A stretch of 64,000 nt of DNA. Origin: an uncultured Acidobacteriota bacterium (GTDB lineage: Bacteria; Acidobacteriota; Terriglobia; UBA7540). The notes under the pieces were generated by a model. That model saw only the letters and a program-made list of their open reading frames with translations, did not search any database and was not told the origin of the DNA. The DNA lies in the NCBI GenBank assembly GCA_963804995.1, contig CAWDSK010000005.1, forward strand, positions 608,001-672,000, given 5' to 3'. This document shows, one piece after another, positions 48,531 to 58,500 of this stretch (position 1 is its first letter; every line of letters begins with the position of its first letter). A program made the position numbers and the translations under genes.

Positions 48531-49744
48531 TGTTTTGTCGCCTTGGACAACTGCTCGGCGCGCTTCGTTCCGCTCGGCGTCAACTTATAGCCATCTTCAG
48601 TCTTGATAACGAAATCCTTGGCAGTCTCGCGCTTCAAGGTAACCTTAATAGACCGCTCTTTTTCGTTAAGGGAAAAAGCTGCGACTATGAAACGTTGTAG
48701 GTAAAGACCCGACGCCGCTTTGCCGCCTACCTTGTGAATGGCCCAGAGTGCTAGGATGGCCTTGTCGAGGATCGTCTTATCCTTCAAAATGAAATGACCG
48801 TCAATGTGGTCGGTGTGCTTCTCCCATTTCCCCGCCCATTCCTCTGCCAGTTGCGACCGTTTTCTACCTACCCTGCCGGTTGGCCTTGTTTCTTTTGTAT
48901 CGCGGCCTGGCTTTACTGCTTTGGTTTTGGATTCAGGAGTCCAGCCAGGATCAGCATGGTTAATGTCTAGAATTTCATTCAGCACCTGAATTGCTCTTTC
49001 TCGGCCCGCCTTCTTAAGGCGGATGTTGTCTCCGTCTATCTCCACCGCCATCTTTTGCCTTAGTTCATGGCGCGTGTTGTTATCCCACACTTTTGATGCG
49101 TCGAGTATTTTCCTCAAGTTCGTGACCGGGATTGGCTTTCTTCCGTGCAGTTCGTGCGCGTAAAGGAACAAGTAACTCAAGCGGCGGGCGTATTCCAGGC
49201 TACTGTCCGCCTTCAACCGATTTTCTTCGAGTTTGAAATCCTCGCCGTCGGGTTCGAAGATATTGCCGAGCCGTTCGGCATCTCCCGCCAACTGTGCAAC
49301 GGGTTTCGCCTCCATCTGGTGCTGCAGATCAAGCGGTTGGCCAGTTGTTCCAGCGCCCTGCGCTGGCGGCAACATAGGTTGCACGTGCGTGTCGTCGCCT
49401 GTTTTGAGTGTTCGCCTGCCGTGCGAAGCCAGCTTGTCTGAGAGCAGTTGATTCACCGTATCCCCGACGCTGCCAATAGCTGTGTCAGTGAAGCTTATGC
49501 GAAGAGACCGACTTCGCGTATCCTCCTGGAGCTCTAGAGTGTTCATCCGAGGAGCATTGCCGTTTGTGCCATTCCCGGCCGCACCGGCGCCGACGGTGGC
49601 ACCGCACATTACGCATGCCCGCGCATCCTTTTCGAGCAACTCCCGACAGTCTTTGCAGCGCACTTGCATGGCACAGGAAGCACAAAAGAACCCACGTTCG
49701 GCTAGAAGCACCCCACATGATGGACAGTTTTGCATTTGAGACAT
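48527..49744 (-). CDS. Double zinc-ribbon protein with two putative wHTH domains
   Basis: CPSC, CASC, CKDC, CVMC; IRLKKAG and YKLTPSG wing motifs. Confidence 0.75.
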   Translation of the reverse strand: MSQMQNCPSCGVLLAERGFFCASCAMQVRCKDCRELLEKDARACVMCGATVGAGAAGNGTNGNAPRMNTLELQEDTRSRSLRISFTDTAIGSVGDTVNQLLSDKLASHGRRTLKTGDDTHVQPMLPPAQGAGTTGQPLDLQHQMEAKPVAQLAGDAERLGNIFEPDGEDFKLEENRLKADSSLEYARRLSYLFLYAHELHGRKPIPVTNLRKILDASKVWDNNTRHELRQKMAVEIDGDNIRLKKAGRERAIQVLNEILDINHADPGWTPESKTKAVKPGRDTKETRPTGRVGRKRSQLAEEWAGKWEKHTDHIDGHFILKDKTILDKAILALWAIHKVGGKAASGLYLQRFIVAAFSLNEKERSIKVTLKRETAKDFVIKTEDGYKLTPSGTKRAEQLSKATKQ

Positions 49745-49818
49745 TGTTTATATCCTTTTATGAATCTGGACCTGCGGATAACATACACCTTACTGCCCCT
49801 GAACGCAATCGCAGCCGG

Positions 49819-49904
49819 GTAGCCACGGTCAATCGTACTTTGATTGACCGTGGGCCTTTACCCATGACCACAAACCCACGGTCAGGAAGGCACTGGCCGT
49901 GGCT
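49819..49904. repeat. GTAG-type REP pair
   Basis: gtagccacggtcaatc...gattgaccgtggg then ccacggtca...tggccgtggc; same family as 1364-1396. Confidence 0.7.
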
Positions 49905-49916
49905 TGTATCTACCCG

Positions 49917-52900
49917 CTAGAGGGCGGGCAAGGATTTTACGAGCTTCACGGTTTCAAGGCTCACGCGGATGACCTGGCCCACGAGGCGCACGATGTATTC
50001 GGGGTCGTCGGATCGATTGGGGTCGGAGCGGATGCCGCTGTGCTTGTCTTCCGTCACCTGGTATTGGTCAATCACCCATTCGAGGGCGCTGCGATTGCCC
50101 AGGCGGTATTCAAAGGTTTCAGGGGGGATGCCGCTTAGCGTCAAGGACTCGTTTACCTTGAGTGAGTGGTGGTCTTTCGCGAGGCGCATTTTGTCCTCAA
50201 CACGATAGGAGAGTGGAATCGTAGCGCCGCCGTCCCGGCGGCCGGTAGTTTGCCGGCGGGACGCCGGCGCTACAGCGCTCGTCTCGATGAATTTCAGCGG
50301 GTACGGTTCGAGCGTTTCGTAATCAATGTGCAGGTGCGCCAGTTCCTTCCCGGCTTTCGAGAATCCCCAGAAATCCTTCGCGAGCGGGATGCGCGGCAAT
50401 TCGCGCTTCAGGTTCTCCGCGTATTTGGCGCGGTACACAGGATGATGCAAAACACCGTAGACGTAATAGAAGATGTCCCATTTGGTGATTTTCTTGTCGT
50501 TGTAATAGATGCGGAAATGGTCCAGCGCCCAGTCGGTGATGTTTTCGTGTCGCGTCACCCCGTCAGACTCGTAGACGTAGAAGGGGAAGCATTGATGGCC
50601 ATCAACGGATGCACAGAGATGTAAGTCCGCAGGATGGTTCACCGCCAGTATATTTATCGAAGGAGACCGATACGCAAGATCGCTCGTCACAAGCATGCGG
50701 TTGTCGATTGCAGCCGTATCGTTTGGGAAGAATGAACGGCAAAGGCCCGGCGTATCGTTCAGCAAATCCGCCAGGTACAAGTAGCGTTTGGTGAAGGGTC
50801 GGTACTCTGCGGTTTTAATCCTAGACTCGTTAAACTCGGCATATCTTCGACGCCGCAGATCTTGCTTTAGGTCGCGGCTCCATTTCACCTTGGAATAGTT
50901 GAGGAAGCGGTCGAAGGCTTGCCCTTGGAGTTCCTTCCTGCTGCGCTTATACCGGTCAACCTCTGCGTTGTAATCCTCACAGAATTCTCGCACTCTATCT
51001 GCCAATTCGCCGCGACTGAAATCGTAAACCACTTCATCCCGATTGGTTGAAACCCCTAGAGAATAAGTCTTGAATATGGTCTGGGGCTCCAGCTCTGCGG
51101 CGCGGCCCTCCTTCGTTGCTACAGGGGGGAAGGTTTCGAATTCCTCCGCACCAATTGTCAGCCATTTCCCCGGAGTCAATTTTCCCCAATCCACCTTGGC
51201 CACTGTGCCAGTGCGCGACAACCAATCTAGTTTTTGTTCCTTGCGCCAGTTCTCCGGCAGCCGGTAGTAATGAAGTCTGTGTTTTCCGTCGTCTCCGCGC
51301 CGCACTGCGACCGTTACCCCAACTCCGACTTGTATGCCAAACACATTATGCGTCGTTCCGCTTAACTTGGGATTCTTGCGAACATTCCCGTGAAGGTCCA
51401 CGTGGTAGACGTCCGTGAAATCCTTTAACAGGTGTTCCTGCATGCCATCAAAAGCCTGCTGGTCCACGAAGCTGTTGTTTGAAATGAAGCAAACAATGCC
51501 GTCCCGCCCTTGGAGGCGATCGGTGGCCCAACGGAAGAACTTGACGTAGGGGTCGTACAACTTTGTTTTAAGCGTTGCTTTTGAGGCTCTTGCATACGTT
51601 TCCTTAATCCTACCGTCAATTTCCTTGTACTGCCTGTTCTTGTTGTTATCGTTTTCGTTTTGCTGGCCCATGTTGTAGGGCGGGTTGCCAATAACCACCG
51701 TGATGGGTGTCTTTCTTTGCCTTTCGACGCGCTCTGCGTTCTTCTCCGTTAAATATAGGTGGGGCTGGCTGGACTTGCTAAGGTCGAGCGTATCCACAAA
51801 GCACAGCCCTTCAAAGGCCTCGTACTCGCCAGTGAGCTCGAAGTAGGCGTGTTCGATGTTGAGCGAGGCAATGTAATACGGCAGCAGCATCACTTCATTG
51901 GCAAATAGCTGCTCGCGGTACACGCGCGGCAAGTCGCGGCCGGACATGCGGCGCAGCAGGTTCACGATGAAGTTACCGGTGCCGGTGCAAGGGTCGATAA
52001 TGTATACATCGGGGCTGGAAAGGCTTTTGCCAAATTCCTTTTCCAAGACCTCAGCCACGCTCGCGCACATGAAGTTGACGATTTCCTGGGGTGTATAAAC
52101 AATGCCCATCGTGTCAGCCAGCTTCACCGAGTAGCCCTGGAAGAAGCGCTCGTAAACGGTGTTCAGGAAGTGCTGCTTTTCGCTGAAGTCGGGCAGGGTG
52201 CGCGCGGCGTTTTCGATGGCCAGATAGAAACGATCCAGGCTCTTCAGGTACTCGGTGCGGTCGAAGCTATGGCTCACCAGGGCCTCAATGACCCGTTCCA
52301 CTTCCGCCGCGATGGCGTTGCGCTTCACGAATTCTGGGTTGTTGAAGATGGTTCGGAACAGGCGCTCGGTGAGCAGGTGCTGCACCAGCATCTCATCCAC
52401 GGCCTCAACGCGGATGTTGGGGTTCAGCGCAGTGCGGCAAAGGTCAAAGAACTTTTCGAAGGCGGCTTGGAATCCCGCATTGTCCTTGTGCGCCCGCTGG
52501 ATCTTCTCCACCAGGCCACGCGCGAGGTCCGGGACTCGCTCCTTGAATTCTTCAATCGCTTCTTCGAATCCTTCGATGTCCGGCTCGGTGTAGGAGAAGA
52601 ACTGGTTGAGAAGGGCGACCAATTCCTTCGGGTTGCCGAGCGTATAAGGCCCGTTGACCTTCTGTTTGTTCTGAAACAGGACGCCGGTTTGGGTGTCCTC
52701 GAAGACAATGTTGGAGAGCGGGTAGCCGCGCGCGATCTTCTTTTTGATTTCGCTGTCGAGATCGTCCTGGGTGTCTTTGGCTTCCCAATAGCCACGCGGC
52801 AGGCTGTTGCGGTCGCGCAAAGTGCCGTCAGGACGAATCAGCGCGCCGCCGGATTTCCCGGAAAGCTCCGGAATCAGCGTCCAACCCTTGAGCTTGGCGG

Positions 52901-53030
52901 TCTCCTGAAGCAGGGACTCGAAGGGCGAGCGCACGCTCATTTCGTTCAGTACACCCTGGTCCCGCAAGGCCGCGACGTTTTCGTAATACTTGCGAATGGA
53001 GCGGTGGGTGGGAGCGATAAGTCCACTCAT
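49917..53030 (-). CDS. Fused restriction-modification enzyme (type IIG-like; N6-adenine MTase with type ISP-like C-terminal specificity region)
   Basis: RPDG...YWEAK nuclease motif, DPCTGTG (motif I), GNPPY (motif IV), YRPF, YYVYGVLH, RSALEWVIDQY; no helicase motifs. Confidence 0.9.
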   Translation of the reverse strand: MSGLIAPTHRSIRKYYENVAALRDQGVLNEMSVRSPFESLLQETAKLKGWTLIPELSGKSGGALIRPDGTLRDRNSLPRGYWEAKDTQDDLDSEIKKKIARGYPLSNIVFEDTQTGVLFQNKQKVNGPYTLGNPKELVALLNQFFSYTEPDIEGFEEAIEEFKERVPDLARGLVEKIQRAHKDNAGFQAAFEKFFDLCRTALNPNIRVEAVDEMLVQHLLTERLFRTIFNNPEFVKRNAIAAEVERVIEALVSHSFDRTEYLKSLDRFYLAIENAARTLPDFSEKQHFLNTVYERFFQGYSVKLADTMGIVYTPQEIVNFMCASVAEVLEKEFGKSLSSPDVYIIDPCTGTGNFIVNLLRRMSGRDLPRVYREQLFANEVMLLPYYIASLNIEHAYFELTGEYEAFEGLCFVDTLDLSKSSQPHLYLTEKNAERVERQRKTPITVVIGNPPYNMGQQNENDNNKNRQYKEIDGRIKETYARASKATLKTKLYDPYVKFFRWATDRLQGRDGIVCFISNNSFVDQQAFDGMQEHLLKDFTDVYHVDLHGNVRKNPKLSGTTHNVFGIQVGVGVTVAVRRGDDGKHRLHYYRLPENWRKEQKLDWLSRTGTVAKVDWGKLTPGKWLTIGAEEFETFPPVATKEGRAAELEPQTIFKTYSLGVSTNRDEVVYDFSRGELADRVREFCEDYNAEVDRYKRSRKELQGQAFDRFLNYSKVKWSRDLKQDLRRRRYAEFNESRIKTAEYRPFTKRYLYLADLLNDTPGLCRSFFPNDTAAIDNRMLVTSDLAYRSPSINILAVNHPADLHLCASVDGHQCFPFYVYESDGVTRHENITDWALDHFRIYYNDKKITKWDIFYYVYGVLHHPVYRAKYAENLKRELPRIPLAKDFWGFSKAGKELAHLHIDYETLEPYPLKFIETSAVAPASRRQTTGRRDGGATIPLSYRVEDKMRLAKDHHSLKVNESLTLSGIPPETFEYRLGNRSALEWVIDQYQVTEDKHSGIRSDPNRSDDPEYIVRLVGQVIRVSLETVKLVKSLPAL
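50221..50273. repeat. GTAG-type REP pair inserted in frame within the RM gene
   Basis: gtagcgccgccgtcccggcggc...gccggcgggacgccggcgctac encoding VAPASRRQTTGRRDGGAT. Confidence 0.85.
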
Positions 53031-53082
53031 AACGATGGAGGCAATACTAGCACTTTGAGGGGGGCGGACCAAGCGCCAATGG

Positions 53083-55064
53083 TTGTGTCGGATGGGGGGA
53101 CATTGTCGGTGGCGGACGTGAAAAGCCGCGGACCTCAGAGACGGAGGTCCGGTGCGCCGGGATAAACCGGCAGAAAGCAGAGAATGAAAATTTCTCACGA
53201 GGAAGGAGCAGCGATCCACTCGGCCCCGAGTTTTGCGCTGGGCGTCGTGAGGCGCACGGTGAAGCGTAAACAGGGGAATAGGTGGGCTGGGTATTGAGCT
53301 TCGAAAATGTCCAATCAGGACGCCGACGTTTTCAGACTAAACGGAAGGCAACATGAGGCCGGGACGCCAACGCGAGTTCCGGCACAGTCCTGCGTAGTCG
53401 TAGACCCCAGACACGCCTAGACACTTTCTGCACGAGAACCGGGAGACCTCGGAGGCGCCGGCCGCCGTAGATCGTGGCCGGACGGCGGGAAAAGGCGATG
53501 GCCGTACAGCCCGCCTGCACGCTTTCGAGGAGTCGGACAGCGGAACAGTACCGATGAATCATTTGAACAAAGACGGGAAGCCGTTGGCGGAGAATGAGGA
53601 GGGAAGGCCGCTGATCAAGGAGAACACCCGTTGGCCTAACACGCACCCGACACAGAGCGGGGCACGCGTGTCCCAGGGACTCGCGGGTGTGCGGAAAGCC
53701 GCGAAGGAACACAGGGAGATGAAGTTCACGGCCTTGCTCCACCACTTAACGGTCGATCTGCTGCGGGAAAGCTTTTACGCCTTGAAGCGAAAAGCTGCAC
53801 CGGGAGTAGACGGCATGACGTGGCAGGAGTATGAAAGCGGGCTGGAAGGTCGACTCGTCGATCTGCACAGCCGGGTCCACCGCGGAGCATTCCGAGCGAA
53901 GCCCTCGCGAAGGGCGTATATCCCGAAAGGCGACGGGCGGCAACGTCCGTTGGGGGTTGCGGCACTGGAGGACAAGATCGTCCAACAGGCCGTGGTCACC
54001 ATCCTCAAGGCGATTTACGAGGAAGACTTTCTGGGCTTCTCGTATGGCTTTCGACCGGGATGCAGCCAGCATCAAGCGCTGGACGCGCTCTCGTACGCGC
54101 TCACGGTGAAGCACGTGAACTACGTTCTTGACGCGGACATTCGTGGATTTTTCGATTCGATATCCCACGAATGGATGCTCAAGTTCGTGCAGCATCGCGT
54201 CGCCGACCCCCGGATTCTCCGGCTCATCCAGAAATGGCTGAAAGCCGGGGTGAGGGAGGAAGGCGAATGGTCGGAGACGGAGATGGGTACGCCACAAGGG
54301 GCGGTGGTCTCGCCCCTGCTGGCGAATATCTATCTGCACTACGTCTTTGACCTGTGGGTGCAGGCGTGGCGCAAGAAGCACGCCCGGGGAGACGTGGTCG
54401 TGGTGCGGTATGCCGACGATACGGTCCTTGGATTCCAATCGCAGACGGAAGCCGACCGCTTTCTGGAGGATTTCCGGGAGCGGGTGGGGAAGTTTGGATT
54501 GGAACTGCATCCTGACAAAACGCGCCGGATCGAGTTCGGGCCGTTTGCCGAACTTTACCGGAAACGGAGAGGAGAAGGTAAGCCGGAGACGTTCGACTTT
54601 CTGGGCTTCACGCATATCAGCGGGAAGAACCGGAGGGGGCAATTTACCGTGAAGCGGAAGACGATCAGCAAGCGCCTGCGGGGGAAGTTGCAGGAACTCA
54701 AGCAACAACTCCGGCAGCGTCGGCACGATCCCATCGCGGATACGGGTAAATGGCTCCGGTCGGTCGTGCAAGGCTACTTCAACTATCACGCGGTACCGGG
54801 AAACCTCAACCGCCTGCGAATCTTTCGGGAACGGTTGACCCGACTGTGGCGAACGCAACTGCGTCAACGCAGTCAACGCCACCGCCTCAACTGGGACCGA
54901 CTGGGGAAGCTTGCGGCCTGCTGGTTGCCTGCTCCGCACGTTGTGCATCCTTGGCCATCCCAACGGTTCGCCGCCACACATCCGAGATAAGAGCCGTATG
55001 CGCTAACCAGCGCACGTACGGATCCGTGCGGGGGGTACCGGGTAACCGGTATCCCTACCGCAAC
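53083..55064 (+). mobile_element. Group II intron (bacterial class E-like, no En domain)
   Basis: 5' TTGTG (variant of GUGYG; boundary inferred); DV gagccgtatgcgctaaccagcgcacgtacggatc; DVI ending ctaccgcaac; RT ORF inside. Confidence 0.88.
53554..54990 (+). CDS. ltrA: Group II intron reverse transcriptase/maturase
   Basis: APGVDG, RPLG, SYGFRPG, DIRGFFD, GTPQG, RYADD, FDFLGF; the real start may be later (e.g. MKFTALLHH). Confidence 0.95.
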   Translation: MNHLNKDGKPLAENEEGRPLIKENTRWPNTHPTQSGARVSQGLAGVRKAAKEHREMKFTALLHHLTVDLLRESFYALKRKAAPGVDGMTWQEYESGLEGRLVDLHSRVHRGAFRAKPSRRAYIPKGDGRQRPLGVAALEDKIVQQAVVTILKAIYEEDFLGFSYGFRPGCSQHQALDALSYALTVKHVNYVLDADIRGFFDSISHEWMLKFVQHRVADPRILRLIQKWLKAGVREEGEWSETEMGTPQGAVVSPLLANIYLHYVFDLWVQAWRKKHARGDVVVVRYADDTVLGFQSQTEADRFLEDFRERVGKFGLELHPDKTRRIEFGPFAELYRKRRGEGKPETFDFLGFTHISGKNRRGQFTVKRKTISKRLRGKLQELKQQLRQRRHDPIADTGKWLRSVVQGYFNYHAVPGNLNRLRIFRERLTRLWRTQLRQRSQRHRLNWDRLGKLAACWLPAPHVVHPWPSQRFAATHPR

Positions 55065-55135
55065 CGCTACACTTGCTTATCGGGAAGCTGCCATGGCGAG
55101 GTAAACTCGCCGCCACATAGAAACCACAGCCGACC

Positions 55136-55348
55136 TCAGGCAAAAACTTGTTGCAGTGTTTTCAGCGTCGAAGCCAAAACTGCCGGGCGAATCGTTCCCA
55201 GTCGTTTGACCAACCGGACCTTGTCCAACGTCCGGAGCTGGTCCAGAAGAATCAGTCCGCGCTTTCCGGAAAGAGTAACGGCAATGCGATAAGGGGCCGG
55301 TCTGGCGCCGGTAGTCATAGGAGCCACAATCACTATCCGAAGCTTATT
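55136..55348 (-). pseudogene. 5'-truncated PemK/MazF toxin
   Basis: VIVAPMTTG...GLILLDQLRTLDKVRLVKRLG; N-terminal catalytic RP motif absent; no antitoxin nearby. Confidence 0.8.
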
Positions 55349-56138
55349 GACGGCAGCGAGGCTGATGCGGCGATCCCACATCCTGTCCATCAGGTGCCGG
55401 GTCGGTTCTTGATCTTGTGGTTGAGTCCCCCGGCCCGACTCACCAGGTTGTTCATTCGGGTGGGGGGGGACTAAGGTCGGCAACGTCTCTTGCCGATATA
55501 TGATTATGGATGAGAGGGTGGCGTCCGTCTGGTCTGAGTTCGGTTTGTAGAGGGGAGGGAGAAAGCCGATGGGTGACGGTGGGCATTTGTAAAGATGGAG
55601 GGACATCAGGGGGGGATTCAGACTGGTTTCTGCACACAATTGGGCCGCGGAGATTTCAGGTGGACGTTTACTCCAAGTGGGTCGTGGCCTTGGGCTCAAA
55701 AATCCATTGTGGCGGGCAGAACCAGGGAAAGGAGTGTCCTGGAGGTGATGGAGATAAGTCGTAAACTGTCATTTGTACCCCTGGAGGGTGAAAGACCCGG
55801 TCGTGGCTGATGGCGATAGAGGTAATACTTCCTAGGGGACTTGAAGAATGCATTTATTCGTTGATAATTGGTTTCTCTCCGGTACGTCCCGCGCGGACAC
55901 CGCGCCGGAATGGAGAGTTCCCAGGAACGTTTAGGTTCCCAACGGTTGTTCGCGAGTGGATTTGCGAAGCCGACACAACTTGTTTGCGGTTTGTTATCGG
56001 GTGATTTCTTGCCGGGCCGAGGCATTGGCAGATTTCTGACACGGTGGCTTGTATAAGGCGAGCAAACGACCCTGGTCAGGTCGCAAAACGTGACTTTCTG
56101 GGAACTCCTGTGAGTCAGACGGCGGAGCTTTATTTTCT

Positions 56139-56729
56139 ATGACCGAACCCGTTCGATCCGTTGCGGACTCGATCCCTCACCATGGCTGGTACGCTCTTTA
56201 CACTCGCCATCAGCACGAAAAGATTGTGCATCGAATCCTGACGGGGAAGGGGTTTGAAGCTTTCCTGCCACTCTACACCGCCGCTCACCATTGGAAAGAC
56301 CGAATCAAGCGAGTCTCCCTCCCACTCTTCCCATGCTATGTTTTTCTCCGCGGGCCCCTGGACCATTGGCTTCCAGTCCTCACTACTCCCGGCGTTCACA
56401 CCGTGGTGGGATTCGGAGGGCACCCGGCGAGTATCGCCTGCACGGAGGTTGAGGCGATCCGGAGGGTAATCGAAAGCACTGTTAAGGTGGAGCCGCACCC
56501 ATTTCTTAAGTGCGGTGATCGCGTCAGAGTTATGGCCGGCGCGCTGCAAGGGCTGGAAGGGATTTTGGTCCGCAAGAAAAATTGGTGGAAGCTCCTCCTC
56601 TCGGTCGAGATGCTGCAGAGATCTGTGGCGGTGGAGATTGACGTTGCCCTCGTCCAGCGAGTCGGCGGGCGGAGTCAAGAACTTGTGCCGGGAATTATCA
56701 ACCCCGGTTGGTCGGGTGTTCCTGCCTAG
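56139..56729 (+). CDS. NusG paralog, UpxY/RfaH-like antiterminator
   Basis: WYALYT, PLFPCYVF NGN domain; GDRVRV..G.LQGLEG KOW; heads a polysaccharide locus. Confidence 0.9.
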   Translation: MTEPVRSVADSIPHHGWYALYTRHQHEKIVHRILTGKGFEAFLPLYTAAHHWKDRIKRVSLPLFPCYVFLRGPLDHWLPVLTTPGVHTVVGFGGHPASIACTEVEAIRRVIESTVKVEPHPFLKCGDRVRVMAGALQGLEGILVRKKNWWKLLLSVEMLQRSVAVEIDVALVQRVGGRSQELVPGIINPGWSGVPA

Positions 56730-57039
56730 GAGCCCGTCGGAGATAGATTTCGTTGTACGTAGAATTAATAACTTAGCGAGGTTCGAGTGTCTGTAAGTTG
56801 TTGATTCTTCGTTGACGAATTATTATTTCCGACACACTCCTAGCTTTTATTTCCCTGCAAAATCACCGGGCGGAAGGCGAGAATTTTTCCAACCTTTCTG
56901 AATCATCGGACAAAATTACCGAAGGAAATAGCGGTCGAAACTGATTGACCTGCTAAGGGCTGCGCTGATTCCCAGTCATGGTTGCGATTAAGTCTAGTTA
57001 TACAGCTCTGTACAGCTTTGTGAGGGTTTGTAAAGCTTC

Positions 57040-58471
57040 GTGGTCTCCCGGGGCCCGCTCGTTTTGAATCAGGAAAAAACACAACCTCAGTTGTGGACAG
57101 GCGCCGAGTCCGCTCCTAGCTTCGCTTCCCAATGGTTGCACTCCCGCAGCATCGAGCTGCCGTTACAGTCCCGGTCGCGGCGATGGGTCTTCTCCCTTGT
57201 CGTGATCTTGATTGCCGTGCTCCTCGGTGGAGCTGTCCTGCACACAGCAATTGTCTCGGTCCTGGGAGGGTCTGTAGAAGCGGGGAAACTCCAGCAGGCA
57301 GTGGCGATTGATCCTTCCAATCCTGAACTCCACCATCGACTGGGGATGGTTCTAAGCAGTTCTCTAGAAGAGGCTGACCGGGCCGAAGGTGTAAAGCACC
57401 TCCGCCGCGCCACCGAATTGAATCCCCACGCCGCACAGTACTGGTCTGACCTCGCCTGGGTTTGCGAGTTGGCCGGTGACACGGCCTGTGCCACCCACGG
57501 AGTTCGAGCAAGCGGTTAAGATCAACCCAATGACGCCACAATTGCATTGGGTTGCGGCAAACACCCTTCTGCGGATGGGTCAAACGGATGCGGCCATGGC
57601 GGAGTTTCGCCGCCTGTTGGAGCTGGACCCGATGTACGGGCCGGCGACTTTCCACGTTTGCATGGGGTCACTCGGGGATCCGCAACTTATCGAACAGAAG
57701 GTGCTACCTCTTGGCAAGGATCCCCGCGTGCTCCTATCCTATGTGAATTTCTTGACCTCAAGCGGGCTCGCGGATCTTGCCCGTCCGGTTTGGGTTAAGA
57801 CCGTGGAGCGGGGAACTCCCTTTCCGCTTGCATTGGCCAGACCTTACATCGAGCATTTACTTCAGCTCGGGCGGGTTGAGGAAGCTCAGAGCGCGTGGCA
57901 GGATCTTGAAAAGCTCGGAGTCATCCCTAAGCCTGCCACCGATGATGAGGGCAATCTTATTTACAACGGAGGCTTCGAGCAAGTACCGCTCAATACTGGC
58001 TTCGATTGGCGGACCGGAGCCAGCCGATACTTAGCGCTTGATTTTGCGGACAGTGCTCCCTATGCGGGAAAGTCTTGCTTACGAATTGATTTCACGGTCA
58101 GCCGAAACGAAGCGTACCTGCCCTTGTCTCAACTAGTTCTGGTGACTCCCGGCCAAGCTTACCTCCTGACCGCCTATGTGCGCTCGCAGGAAATCACTTC
58201 TGACAGTGGGCCGCGATTGCAAGTGCTTGACCCCCAATCCCCTGAGAGCCTGATTGGGGTGAGTGAAACAACGGTTGGGACGACACCCTGGCACCAGATT
58301 AGTTTCAAGTTTTGCACTAAGCCAACCACAAGACTCGTGCAGTTATCCGTAGCACGAATCCTAAGCCGAGCCTTTCCCACCGAGATCACTGGAAGCTTTT
58401 GGCTCGACGCTGTGGTTATGAAGTCGTTGGGGCCAGCAAGTGAGAGTGCGTGTGGATCTCCTGCCCACTAG
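57040..58471 (+). CDS. Membrane-anchored TPR protein with C-terminal carbohydrate-binding-like domain; frameshift near 57498
   Basis: TM + TPR in ORF 57040..57519, continuing EFEQAVKINP in ORF 57476..58471; NLIYNGGFE...FDW motif. Confidence 0.75.
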
Positions 58472-58500
58472 CCGGTGGGACGCTTCTTTTTTTGATTGAA

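Noticed and set aside
53031..53219. N-terminal extension of the RM ORF
   Set aside because: Overlaps the intron 5' end on the opposite strand; the plausible start is ATG at 53030
53746..54981. 411-aa ORF antisense to the intron RT
   Set aside because: Shadow frame with no independent support
53554..54990. RT as retron, DGR or defence RT
   Set aside because: DV and DVI follow the stop directly and the motifs are those of a group II maturase; no TR/VR pair or msr-msd seen
55349..55699. N-terminal part of the 187-aa ORF fused to MazF
   Set aside because: Low-complexity and unlike a MazF N-terminus; chance open frame
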